A program made the position numbers and the translations under genes. A stretch of 64,000 nt of DNA from an uncultured delta proteobacterium (GTDB lineage Bacteria; Desulfobacterota; Binatia; UBA9968), in the NCBI GenBank assembly GCA_963804165.1, contig CAWDPO010000017.1, forward strand, positions 160,001-224,000. Direction: 5' to 3'. The notes beneath the pieces are model-generated. The model did not search any database. It worked only from the letters and a program-made list of their open reading frames with translations, and was not told where the DNA came from. Of this stretch, positions 40,380 to 50,409 are shown piece by piece; positions within the stretch are counted from its first letter, which is position 1; each line of letters starts with the position of its first letter.

Positions 40380-40657
40380 GTAAAGGTATGAAGTCGGCAG
40401 CGATTGCTGCAGTAGCGCTACTGGGACTCGCATGGGTGGCCCTTGTCGTAACCGATACACGGATTCTAGTGGAGGAGAAGCTGATCCGGCCAGGCCAGAG
40501 GTATGTGGTCGAGGGCTATGGTGATCTGGCGCAAAACAGCCAAGCCTCTTTGGTCTGCCGGTACTTCAACGGGCGCCGCGTGCTCTCGACGGTGTTCTGG
40601 CACGCACCGAACAACTTCATGGGTCGCGATAGCTGCCCGGTCATTTCACGTGGTTAG
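40376..40657 (+). CDS. Hypothetical membrane-anchored/secreted protein (probable second cassette gene)
   Basis: Starts within the attC R' site; N-terminal hydrophobic helix and two Cys. Confidence 0.65.
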   Translation: MRKGMKSAAIAAVALLGLAWVALVVTDTRILVEEKLIRPGQRYVVEGYGDLAQNSQASLVCRYFNGRRVLSTVFWHAPNNFMGRDSCPVISRG

Positions 40658-40745
40658 TAACGACTCAGGGGGAACGCATGGCTCGAACTGAGTGATTTGG
40701 TCGCGCCCCTTGGTCTTCGCCATTTAGCTTATATTCCCGCCTCCG

Positions 40746-40973
40746 TCAGCTCTTTTTCCACCTGATAAAACTCCTCCCGTGGTATGCCGTACGCGTCGAG
40801 TATTCGATGCACCCGTCCAACAGGCTGTCCTCGTCGGCGACTTTGCCCGCCTTGTTTTGGATAATGAGGCAGAGCGCGCCGCGCAGGACCTTCGAGCGCG
40901 GGTCATTCAGCCGCTTTGGGTAGTGCTCGGTCCACAGCGGGCCGATCTCGTGGTCGGGTATGTGGTCGTCCAT
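40746..40973 (-). CDS. Hypothetical protein
   Basis: MDDHIPDHEIGPLW... portion of the 153-aa ORF. Confidence 0.35.
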   Translation of the reverse strand: MDDHIPDHEIGPLWTEHYPKRLNDPRSKVLRGALCLIIQNKAGKVADEDSLLDGCIEYSTRTAYHGRSFIRWKKS

Positions 40974-41287
40974 GGGGTGGAAAAATCTCAGTCCGTCACG
41001 ACCAGGCAGATGGGCGAGCCCTCTAAAAGGGATTGACCCAGTAACTCGGCGAATTAGCAAGGAACAAACGATCAGGACACCGCAAAATATAGTGAAGAAA
41101 AGAGACGGATAGGCGAGACCGCCGAGCCTGTGACACAAATTTGCAAAGTCTTTTTTCACCGCTTTGCCCCGTTCACGAGAATTGCCATTGGCCGCTAGCT
41201 CATCCAAAGTTCCTCAACGAAACCTATCAAGTTGAGGAAACGGAAAGTTAATCGGTCCCGCAGGCAATGATCAGCGCCAGTGGCGGA

Positions 41288-41942
41288 TCATGTTCTATCT
41301 GGCATTTGCTCAACATAAGACTTGGATAAATGCTCGATCTCGATCCAGTTGGCCGTTAGTTTAATCAATGTAACAAGATCGCCAACATCATGGTCCGTCC
41401 ACCGGCGTAGATAGTGAGTCTCGTCATTTCCTAGCCAGAGACAGCGCTTCGCAACAGCTTGAATCCGCGCATCCTGAATATACTCGCTTACGACCACGCC
41501 TGAGAATTTTTTCTCGATGTCTTTTTCTTTGTCCGGCGTGAGCGACTTCGCATAGTCTTTAATAAGGAACTCAAACGCTTTTCGGTAACCTGGTCCGGCG
41601 ATCCGCCGACAATCCAAGCTGACGTGCCTCTTCAGCTTCATCGAAGACGGCGACGAATGTCGGCGATATCTTTGCCACAGATTCTGGGAATTGCGACGGG
41701 AGAGGTTTGATAGGCTTGACCGAAAGCAAAGAGCCCTGTCCCGTTCGTCCGTAGTATCCAATAAAGAAACTCCGGCAACCCTGATACGCGCATCGATATA
41801 CGACTTGGACACCATTGCGCTGATCGACTTCGTCCGAACGGATAATTTCTAATTGGCTATGACGATGGCAAATTGGACAAGGATCGGGTACGTCGATACT
41901 ATACCCGTGATTCCCGACAGTAATTGATCCTCGAACTGGCAT
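41288..41942 (-). CDS. DUF4145 (HEPN-like) protein with N-terminal Cys cluster (one indel)
   Basis: CPICH..YRC..C; ISPTFVAVFDEA joined across frames to GPGYRKAFEFLIKDY and LGNDETHY. Confidence 0.75.
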
Positions 41943-42235
41943 AAAATGGGGACATGAGTAGAGTGGTACAAACCCGACATTATCAAGTAGCGGCGGAAAA
42001 TGGAAAGAGAATCACGCCAGCCCAGGTAGTAGGACTCCATCGCAGGACGGTTAAGGTACCGATCCGGGCACCGCAATCTCGCCACTTCTATGCCCCGAGA
42101 GAATGTGCATGGTGAACACTATCTTGGTCCATGCGCCCTTGCTCTGCCACAGAGGGCGGCGCGTTTCAAATAGAAAAATGCCCGGCCGAAATGCAGTTCA
42201 GTTTTGAACTGGATGAACCTGGGCTCATGCTAAGT

Positions 42236-43015
42236 TTATTGACTTTTTTCAGACAGCGGTTTCGCGGAATTTTGTTGGCAAGCGCCTGGCTTCTCCAGGT
42301 GAAAACCCGTGACTCTTAATGTCACCACCGAAATGGGCTCGCCCACATCATATGTCCCAGCTGCCTTGCTCGCTTCTATGTCAAGCCGGACCATTCTCTC
42401 GGCGAAACCGGATGGCTCTGCCGTCGCGGAAGTGCGCCACATCGGATTCTGTTTGACAATGCTATTGCGGCCCACCAAAAGCATATCGATTTGGGTTTTG
42501 CCTCGCGCTGGCAATGGGTTGATTGGTTGTGCATGTCCTTTGTCATCGAGCGTTGCGTTTGCAAACACTACCAGGGCTTCGTCTTTATCATCAAATCCCG
42601 CAAAGAAATAAGAAATTATGGCAAGGCCTTTGAGCCACCGGTCATACTCGCTTGGCGTCTCTTTTTTCGAGACTTCGACTAATCGCGGCATGACAGATTC
42701 AATCACTGCCTTGATGCTCTCCGCTGCTTGCCGAAGGAGCTTCGACCCCGTCCAGCTCCTCGGCTGCAAGTGAAAACAACCGATAGCCGATGGTTGGGGC
42801 AGCGTAGCGGCCAGCGGCACCAAAGCACATGCGATTGACGCAACGAATCTTACAAAACGGAAATTTGACAGGTTCTCCCGTTGTAGTGGTGTCTGATCCG
42901 ACGCCATCTGCCGCTAAGTGATCCACGTGTCTCCTATGATTGAAACGATGGACGTGCCAAATGTCTGGGAAAAGGAAAGAGTAAAAGAAAACCAATCCAG
43001 ACTGCCAATTGCCAT
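42236..43015 (-). pseudogene. Putative exported Ntn-hydrolase / proteasome-beta-like protein, frameshifted
   Basis: Joined frames give a hydrophobic leader, GTSIVSIIGDTWIT(L)AADG, CKIRCV..CFGAAG, FFAGFD and DVGEPISVVTL. Confidence 0.5.
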
Positions 43016-43281
43016 CTAATCCTACTACGCGGTGACAAAGTTTTTAGACATTGAGCGGCTTTACGCATCCGGTCGGTATCTCTCAAATCCACCGCCGCAC
43101 CGCGTTCATCGACGCGTTGAGCAGGTCGCCATCTCGCGTCCTCGTTCTCGGCGTCCAGCGCCATCTTGAACTGCGCGACGGGCCACTTCTCCGCAACGTA
43201 GGGCTCGATGAACTCCAGCGCCGCGAAGACCTGCGGCGTCCGCATGTCCTGTTCCCGGCAGCGAACAAAGGCATCGGCCAA
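42934..43281 (-). CDS. Hypothetical protein (3' part probably frameshifted)
   Basis: High-GC3 ORF co-oriented with its neighbours. Confidence 0.35.
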   Translation of the reverse strand: MADAFVRCREQDMRTPQVFAALEFIEPYVAEKWPVAQFKMALDAENEDARWRPAQRVDERGAAVDLRDTDRMRKAAQCLKTLSPRSRIRWQLAVWIGFLLLFPFPRHLARPSFQS

Positions 43282-43321
43282 TGTCGAGATGGCGGAGCTC
43301 GACGTCCACGGCGGTTTTATC

Positions 43322-43519
43322 TCAGCGCAAGTAGACCCTCATGACGGGGCGGCCGCCCTCGAACGCTGCCTCGTCCATGTACTCGCACACGACCTCCCTG
43401 GACAGTGTGACCACGCGCCCGTCGGCCCGCCGGAAGATCACCAGCCACATGTCGCCGCCGCCCTCCCACGGCTCGCCGTCCAAGGCCTCGGCTACTGTTT
43501 TCGCTCGGTCTTCGTCCAT
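43322..43519 (-). CDS. Hypothetical protein
   Basis: 65-aa ORF behind AAGGAG. Confidence 0.6.
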   Translation of the reverse strand: MDEDRAKTVAEALDGEPWEGGGDMWLVIFRRADGRVVTLSREVVCEYMDEAAFEGGRPVMRVYLR

Positions 43520-43579
43520 GGTTGGCTCCTTTCTCCGCTCACTCCGTCACGACCAAGCACGCGGGAGCGCCTGGAATCG

Positions 43580-43900
43580 CCGTAGCCGAGCAAGCTTCTC
43601 ACCCGTTCGCGGTCTATTTCGAGCTCCGCTTGAACCACGCCCAGAATTCCTTCTCCCCATCGGTGATCAGTTTGTCGGCATAGTCGTCCCACGTCTTGGG
43701 TTCCGCTGTCCGGGTTTGGGTTCGTAGAACTGATCCAGGTCTCGCAGGTTTCGGTCTCCGGTCGAATAGCAGACAACTTCTTTCCCTTTCCACCGCATCA
43801 CCCAAGCCCCGTGGGGTGGTCGATCTTTCCGCTCATACTCCATCGTTCCGCCATGGTCTTCCATGACCTCGCAAAGTTGCCAGTAAGCCCAACATGCCAT
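43580..43900 (-). pseudogene. Hypothetical protein, frameshifted
   Basis: ORFs 43667-43900 and 43614-43805 appear to be two parts of one gene. Confidence 0.35.
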
Positions 43901-43999
43901 TATATCGCCCTCCTCGAAGTCGCCGGTCTGGCGCTCATGCGTATTTATCAGTCGCCACCCTGGATAGCGCGCTCTTCGTGCGATGCAGGTAGGCCGTTA

Positions 44000-44305
44000 C
44001 CACGTTCCCGCCGAGGATACCGGAAACTCAACCACATGCTCGCGGGTGGAAATTGTTCCTCATCCTAATGTTCGCCCCGCCAGAAACTCGAATGAGCCCC
44101 TGCGAACCAAACGCATGCGCGAAAGTATTTCTCGGTTTCTTCTGGAAAAGCCCCGTGGTTCCACGCACCCGTGTAGCCGTGGGGATGACTGACTTCTCAG
44201 CTCCGCTGTATCAACGTCACTACCGACTGTCTGCTTTATATCCGCGTGGATGTCCCGATAAAGTTGGTCATCGACTTGGACTGTGAAGAATACCCGCGAC
44301 ACCAT
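44000..44305 (-). pseudogene. Hypothetical protein, frameshifted
   Basis: MVSRVFFTVQVDDQLYRDIHADIKQTVGSD, continuing in alternative frames. Confidence 0.35.
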
Positions 44306-45440
44306 ATGGTCGTCGTCGCTCCCGTATTCCTGCGCTCTTGAACAAGTTTGTGAAACATCACTTTAACCGTGGGCATCAGCAGTTCCTCCGACCCGCAACA
44401 AAATATATCCCGATGCTCGACTATTGTTTCACCACCACCCGAGCTGCGCCGACGTTATCAAGCCCGTGGAAAAAGGAAAGGAAAAAAGCGACGGCCCGGT
44501 CGATGCGCAGTTCGAAATGCAACTGGCTGAAACTTTTGGGGAACCTCGCGTCGCCGGCGCACTGACGGAGTTTCGCGGATTGGCCCTGGGAAATTCTTGC
44601 TCAAGACGCTTTCGGCGTTCGCGCCCCGGTGATAGCCTCCGTCCCGAAAGGGGTAGCGCAATGGGAGAGAAAGGCGAAAAGACGCAAAAAGAGGCGGCGC
44701 GACTCGCGCCTCTACCTGAAAAAGAACCTCGACGTGTTTATAAAAAAAGCTGGAGGCAGTACGCCGAATTATGGAGCGCGTCGACGAATCCGAGATGTCG
44801 CCTGAAATGGCATCCTACGCGATAAGGATAATGGCGACGGTAAAAAAAGTGGAACGTGAGATGGCCGAGATATTCAAGAAAGACAAAGCGAACCGGAAAA
44901 AGCTGCGGACCGTGAAATGATAACGCGCCCTGTTACACGTGTAACAACCGGGGGTCGCGCAGCTTGCCACTACGCACGAACGCGGCCTGCTCCCGCCTGA
45001 TTCAGCTCCTCCACCACCGCTTGACAAGCGGCCATCGTCTACAGGATGATTCGCCCCATGGGCAAGAGAATCCTAGCGGCTGTCCTAATCGTCGGCTGCA
45101 TAGGACTCACGGATTCTTTTGGCGGACGACCCGGGCTCTCTTAAGTAATGCCGCCTACTCCGCCTCAAATCCGCCGAGGGCAGCCCACAACATTCCGCTG
45201 TCGCAGCACGGCCGAATCCAACGATTGTGTTTCTCGCCGACGAGTCGGTCCCGTGCTCCGTGTTCCTGGTCAGCACCTTCCACCGCCAGTTTCGGCTTTC
45301 CTGGCTGAACCATACATTTCTGATTGAGCAAGTCTCCCTTTCTGGCACCCGTGTCTCTGCCGGACGGCGCTTCGCAAACGCCGCGCCGGTGACCGCTGTT
45401 TTCCCTAAAACAGGCAACGGCCCGATGAAAGGGTGGCGGT

Positions 45441-45724
45441 ATGCAACTACGAATCTGTCCAAGCATTTTGAATTGGCCTCCGCAGTGGAGTCGCATATAC
45501 GGCGACGGCGAGTATCCGAAAGACGACACGAGCGTATTGGAGGAAGTGTATCCTTCAAACGTGATGAGCAATCAGTGCTATCTAATCGTTCGGCACCGCA
45601 AGAGTCGTTACCTGGGGACCCTGCTGTTTGACGACGAGTCTTCCTGCAAGAAGCTACTTGCCCTCTTGAGCAGGCATTGCGGGACTCTATTGAGAGAATT
45701 GGCGAGCTAGATGTCGATGTGTGA
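45441..45724 (+). CDS. Hypothetical protein (WPPxW...YxGxLLFDD), indel near end
   Basis: ORF 45441-45710; the alternative frame ends IERIGELDVDV*. Confidence 0.5.
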
Positions 45725-46194
45725 CCGTTGCGAATGACCTTGAGCACGTCCGCCAGCTTACAACGGACACCCCTTCGAGCCGCGTTTCCTACTTACTTTG
45801 AAACTACCTCAATGAGGCGCGTGCGATGGCCCACCGGACAATAATAGAAGCCGTCGGAATTCCGGAGCAGTTCAAGGCCGCATGGCTTTTGATTCACGAA
45901 CACAGAGCAGGTCCTCACTCGGGGAACGCATGGAGGTCCGTGCATTCCGTACACACGAATCCCTCTAGCGGATTCTCCGATTCGATGTAGTTATTTGCAG
46001 GCCACGTCGTGCAATTGAAATGGGAGTGCCACACGGCACCACTCATTGGTTTTCGGTAGGTAGGCAAAAGGGTGCCTAGATTGATTGTATGGCTTCAGAT
46101 TTCCGGCACAAGGGGGTTTTGATAATAAAAGCGAACCCCTGTCGCAGCGCATGAGCTTTTAGAACCCTGAGCTGCGTTTCTTTGAAAATATCTT

Positions 46195-46410
46195 TTAGTT
46201 TTTTGGAAGCAGGACGGCGGGGATGAAGACATCACCTCGGAGTTGCGTCTGTGAATACCTGCGCTTGCGCTGCAGCGAGATACAATTCGCGCAAACCTCG
46301 ACATGGGGTGGCAGTCCCCGTGAGACGACGAGGTCGAAACCTCTCGGCCACTGAAGGCACTGGTCGGAGTAGTGCCATACCTGCGAGTCTATGTCTCGGC
46401 GGTATTCCAT
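46195..46410 (-). CDS. Small Cys/His protein (WH...C..WP...C..C)
   Basis: MEYRRDIDSQVWHYSDQCLQWP...EVCANC. Confidence 0.45.
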   Translation of the reverse strand: MEYRRDIDSQVWHYSDQCLQWPRGFDLVVSRGLPPHVEVCANCISLQRKRRYSQTQLRGDVFIPAVLLPKN

Positions 46411-46517
46411 GACGGCCCAAAGCTGTTTTGTGTGTGATACTAGACTAGGCGCAGGTTCGGCCAAGGTTCAAGGGGGTTGTCAGATTTTTGACAAATGCCC
46501 CGATGACCTTTGGTCGC

Positions 46518-46725
46518 TTATGTCGCTTTGGTCGCAGCCGCGTCGGCTGCGCGATGCCGCCGGATGACCTTGAGCACCGCGTCGTCCGGCAGGTTTGCGA
46601 GCAGTTTTCCCGCCTGCCGGAGTATCCACGCCTCCATTCTGCACCTATCACGGCAGAACCGGTGCGGCTCCATGCGCACGATGCCGGTTTGCTGAAACGG
46701 CGCACCACAGAGAGGTGACTCGCAT
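46518..46725 (-). pseudogene. Zinc-finger-like small ORF lacking a clean start
   Basis: Manual translation CESPLCGAPF...RFCRDRCRMEAWILRQAGKLL. Confidence 0.35.
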
Positions 46726-46812
46726 GTGTCCGTGGAATACCTTCACCTGTGTTTAATACAAAGCTTAAACGCTTCTATTTTTGATCTTCTGTCACAGTGT
46801 GGAGTAGACTAG

Positions 46813-48820
46813 CCCTACTTCGCGGATTCGATGCTAGGTAAAATAATATCGCTCGTGTAAGTGGTTGGATTAAGAAAAATGTGGTGAGCCGAAGCAGGCG
46901 AAACGGCTTGTAGTGCAGACCTACCCTCTGTCCAAGCTCAGCAGGATGTGGATAATCCAAGGGCATCATGTTCCTGCGCTGCTCAGCCCGCAAGAAAGAC
47001 GGCAAAGAACACCGCTACTTTAGCATTGTCGAGAACAAGCGCGTGGCCGATGGGCGCGTGGTGCAACGCCACGTGTTGTATCTGGGCGAGATCAATTCTT
47101 CACAAGAGTTGGCGTGGCGTAAATCGATTGAAGTGTTCGAAGACGGCCAGGAGCGACCGAGCACGCTGGCGTTGTTTCCCACAGATCGCTGTGAAGCGGT
47201 GATCGCTGATGAGTCGGTGGTGCGGGTGCGGTTGTCGGAGTTGGAGCTTGCGCCGGCCACGCCAGTGGGGCGCGTGCTGGCTGGTGGTCAAGCTGTGGCA
47301 GGAGTTGGAGCTGGATCGATTCTGGAGCGAGCGTCTTTCTCCCAGCCGCAAAGGGACGCGCTGGGATCAAGTGCTGTTAGTGCTGGTGGCCTACCGTCTG
47401 ATCGCACCGGGGCAGCGAGTGGCGGCTTCACCGCCAGTGGTTTGGAGGCTGTGCACTCGGTGATTTGCTCGGAGCGGACTTCAGCCTGGCGGAGTCCCAC
47501 AAGCTCTATGCCTGCCATGATCTTTTGCTGGAACACAAACAGGCGTTGTTCGATCATCTGGTAGGGCGCTGGCGCGATCTGTTCAACGCCAGCTTCGAGG
47601 TGCTGCTCTATGATTTGACCAGCACCTATTTTGAGAGCGATCCGCCGCAAGATGAGAACGACAAGCGGCGCTTTGGCCACAGCCGCGACAAGCGCAGCGA
47701 CTGTGTGCAGGTGGTGATCGCGCTGATCGTGACACCGCAGGGTTTTCCGCTGGCCTACGAAGTGCTGGCGGGTAACACTTCGGACAAAACGACGCTGAGG
47801 GAGTTTTTGCAAAAGATCGAAACCCAATACGGCAAGGCCGAGCGCATCTGGCTAATGGATCGGGGCATCCCGACCGAAGCAGTGCTCCACGAGATGCGCC
47901 ACAGTGGTCCGCCGGTCAAGTATTTGGTAGGTACGCCCAGGGGACGTTTAACCCGGTTAGAGAAGCAACTTGTGGATAAGCCCTGGCGCAGCGCGCGACC
48001 CGGAGTCAAAGTGAAACTGTTAGCGCAACAAGGCGAGCTGTACGTACTGGCCGAGAGTCAGATCGGATCGCCAAGGAGCGCTCGATGCGCCGGCGCCGAC
48101 TGAAGTGGCTGTGGGCAAGGCTCAAGCAACTGAGCGCCATGACGCTCACGCGTGAAGAACTCCTCATGAAGCTCGGCGCGGCAAAACAGGCAGCCCCCAG
48201 TGCTTGGCGCTAAATCAAAATAGAGGTGGCCAAACCAGGCGCCTCTTTCACCTATCGCTTGCACAGGGAAAAACTGCGTCGAGCGCGGCGACGCGAAGGG
48301 CGCTACTTGCTGCGCACCAATCTGACCGAGAGCGATCCGGCCAAGCTGTGGAGCTTGTACCTGCAACTGGTGGCGGTGGAAGAGGCGTTCAAGAACCTCA
48401 AGGGCGATCTGGCGATCCGGCCGATCTTTCATCAAAACGAAAAGCGTGTCGAAGCGCACATCTTCGTATCGTTTCTGGCCTATTGTCTGCACGTGACGCT
48501 GGGACAACGGTTAGGTTCGCTCGCGCCAGGACTGACGACACGCAGTGTGCTGGAGCAGTTCGCCGCTATGCAAATGATCGACGTGCATCTGCCTACCACC
48601 GACGGTCGCCAGGTCATTCTTACGCGCACCAGCCAACCCCAGCCCGAACTAAGATTGCTGTTGGACAAACTCAAGCTACAACTACCGGCACAACCGTCGC
48701 CCAAGATCAGCGCTGCTCAAGCCACCTCAGCCACTGCTCTGTAGTGCAGACCTTTGGGAGTCACTGATTGATTTATCAACTACTTATAACCTTTGAACCC
48801 CGCGAATCCGCGAAGTCGGG
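46813..48820 (+). mobile_element. IS1634 family insertion sequence
   Basis: 18-bp terminal inverted repeats matching at 17/18 (46813-46830 / 48803-48820), flanked on both sides by CTAG. Confidence 0.9.
46968..48744 (+). pseudogene. IS1634 DDE transposase, several apparent frameshifts
   Basis: LYDLTSTYFE, FGHSRDKR, MDRGI, YLLRTN, VEEAFKNLKGDLAIRPIFHQ and AHIFVSFLAY motifs. Confidence 0.9.
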
Positions 48821-49309
48821 CTAGCCTTCGTCCGCCTCGTCGCTCTCAACAGCGTGCACGGAGTCATCCTCGTCCGGCTCGTTGAACAACTCCTCCAATG
48901 TCTTCGGCGTAGACTCCTTGCGCTGCAACCCGAGCGCGGACAGGTTGCGCGCAAGGTTGCTCAGGATAGGCGTCCGGTACGAGTACAGCTGTGATAACGC
49001 TTTAGGGTTGTGCTTGACGGCTGGAACTCTCTTGATGACGCGGACGATTCTCGTATCTACCTCGTCCAACATGTACAGGTCGCGCCCGACTAGCTCGACC
49101 ATGATCTTTTCAGCAGTGCTCGCGTTCTTCGCACCGCCCAAGTCTTCGAGCAACCCCGCCTGCGCAGCGACCGCGTTCTGCCCCGCGTGGCTGCGCATGT
49201 CGATGAACGACCGACCCCTGCGCGTGCGCCGTTTGATTCGATTACGCAACGTCACGATGCCGTGCGTCTCGTGGTTCTTGTTACGTTTGGGTGCGCCCCT
49301 GTCGGCCAT
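48821..49309 (-). CDS. Phage-like hypothetical protein (possible terminase small subunit-like)
   Basis: GAPKRNKNHETHG N-terminus; ID.RS, DLGG and L.R.L..LGL.R patterns; acidic tail. Confidence 0.55.
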   Translation of the reverse strand: MADRGAPKRNKNHETHGIVTLRNRIKRRTRRGRSFIDMRSHAGQNAVAAQAGLLEDLGGAKNASTAEKIMVELVGRDLYMLDEVDTRIVRVIKRVPAVKHNPKALSQLYSYRTPILSNLARNLSALGLQRKESTPKTLEELFNEPDEDDSVHAVESDEADEG

Positions 49310-49710
49310 ATACGTGTTACCTGGATGCGCTAGACGGTGCCGCTCATAGTGCGAAATGACGTTGACAGTTCATTGACAGCGGTGAAAAACATTTTCTAAC
49401 TCAACGGCTTAGAACGGTCCATTTTATTTGTAATAAACCTCAAGCCGCCTTTTGTCGGGGACCTGTCCCCCCGGTGGCGGTGTATTTTTGCCCAACTCGA
49501 AATGTCCCCGGCGCGGCAGATCGCCTGTTGTGCGCCGCCTCCCGTCGCTCGTTCTCAGGTGTAAATCTTTTGTAAATGTTCTGGCGAAAAAGGACCGCAA
49601 ATATCAGCAAACCGTGGGGAGTGGGCGGACGAATTGCATTGACGATTCTTGTTGGGGTATGTGTAGTTTTCCTGCGTTGCGCATATAAACAATAAAAGGA
49701 GGACGGGGTT

Positions 49711-50076
49711 ATGGCAAAGATCAGACATATTGCGATCAAGGTGGAAGATCAGGAGAAGACCGCCGAGTTTTACAAGAAAACTTTCGGCATGACCGAAGCG
49801 TGGCGCGGGCCGGTGCGCGATGATGGCAATCGCGCGATCTATCTCACGGACGGCTACATCAACATGGCGGTTTTGCCGGCACGCGGCGGTCGAGAAGGAG
49901 TCGATCATTTTGGTTTTCAGGTGGAGAACATGGAAGAAACTCTCAGCAGCGCGCAAGCCTCCGGTGCCAAAAGCGAAGCGGATAAGAAGCCGCGCGATGG
50001 CCGCTTTGCGGAAATGGGTGTCCACGACCCCGCAGGCCAACTGGTCGATGTCACCGTGCATGGATGGAAGTCGTAG
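49711..50076 (+). CDS. VOC/glyoxalase family protein
   Basis: IRHIAI, YLTDGYINMA, GVDHFGFQV and DPAG motifs; AGGAGG RBS. Confidence 0.9.
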   Translation: MAKIRHIAIKVEDQEKTAEFYKKTFGMTEAWRGPVRDDGNRAIYLTDGYINMAVLPARGGREGVDHFGFQVENMEETLSSAQASGAKSEADKKPRDGRFAEMGVHDPAGQLVDVTVHGWKS

Positions 50077-50137
50077 AGAATCGTCTTAGAAGTTCGTTTA
50101 AAAAGTCCGAACGATGGCAGCAGCTGAGGTGAACTCA

Positions 50138-50230
50138 AATCCCCCCTTGGTCCCCCTTTTTCAAAGGGGGAATTTTCTCCGTGCGATTTTCACCCCTCTT
50201 TTGCTAATTAAGAGGGGAAGGGGAGATTTT
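50138..50230. repeat. REP-like double hairpin (CCCCCTTTTT...AAAGGGGG type)
   Basis: AAATCCCCCCTT ... AAGGGGGAGATTT ends enclosing two internal hairpins. Confidence 0.6.
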
Positions 50231-50409
50231 CGGACAGAATACAGCGTACTTCTGAGACAGGACACTAGAGAATTGCAAGAAGTATTTCTCGGCTCCTGGT
50301 CCCCCAGCTTGGCTATGAAAAGGATGATGGTTGGGTTAGAGATTAGCGGCGTCACGCGAAGGTTTGCTGTGAGATACGGTGAGAACATAGTCCGATTTTA
50401 CAGGGAGAT

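Larger units (their letters stand above)
38329..49411. mobile_element. Degenerate phage-like/integrative island (no integrase seen)
   Basis: About 11 kb of short, often broken hypothetical ORFs between transporter-rich backbone. Both ends carry a 16/20 inverted repeat (38419-38438 / 49359-49378) and an IHF-like CTCAACGRCTTA. Confidence 0.55.

Noticed and set aside
46968-48744. Programmed frameshifting in the IS1634 transposase
   Set aside because: Several shifts without a consistent slippery site; this matches the window-wide indel noise
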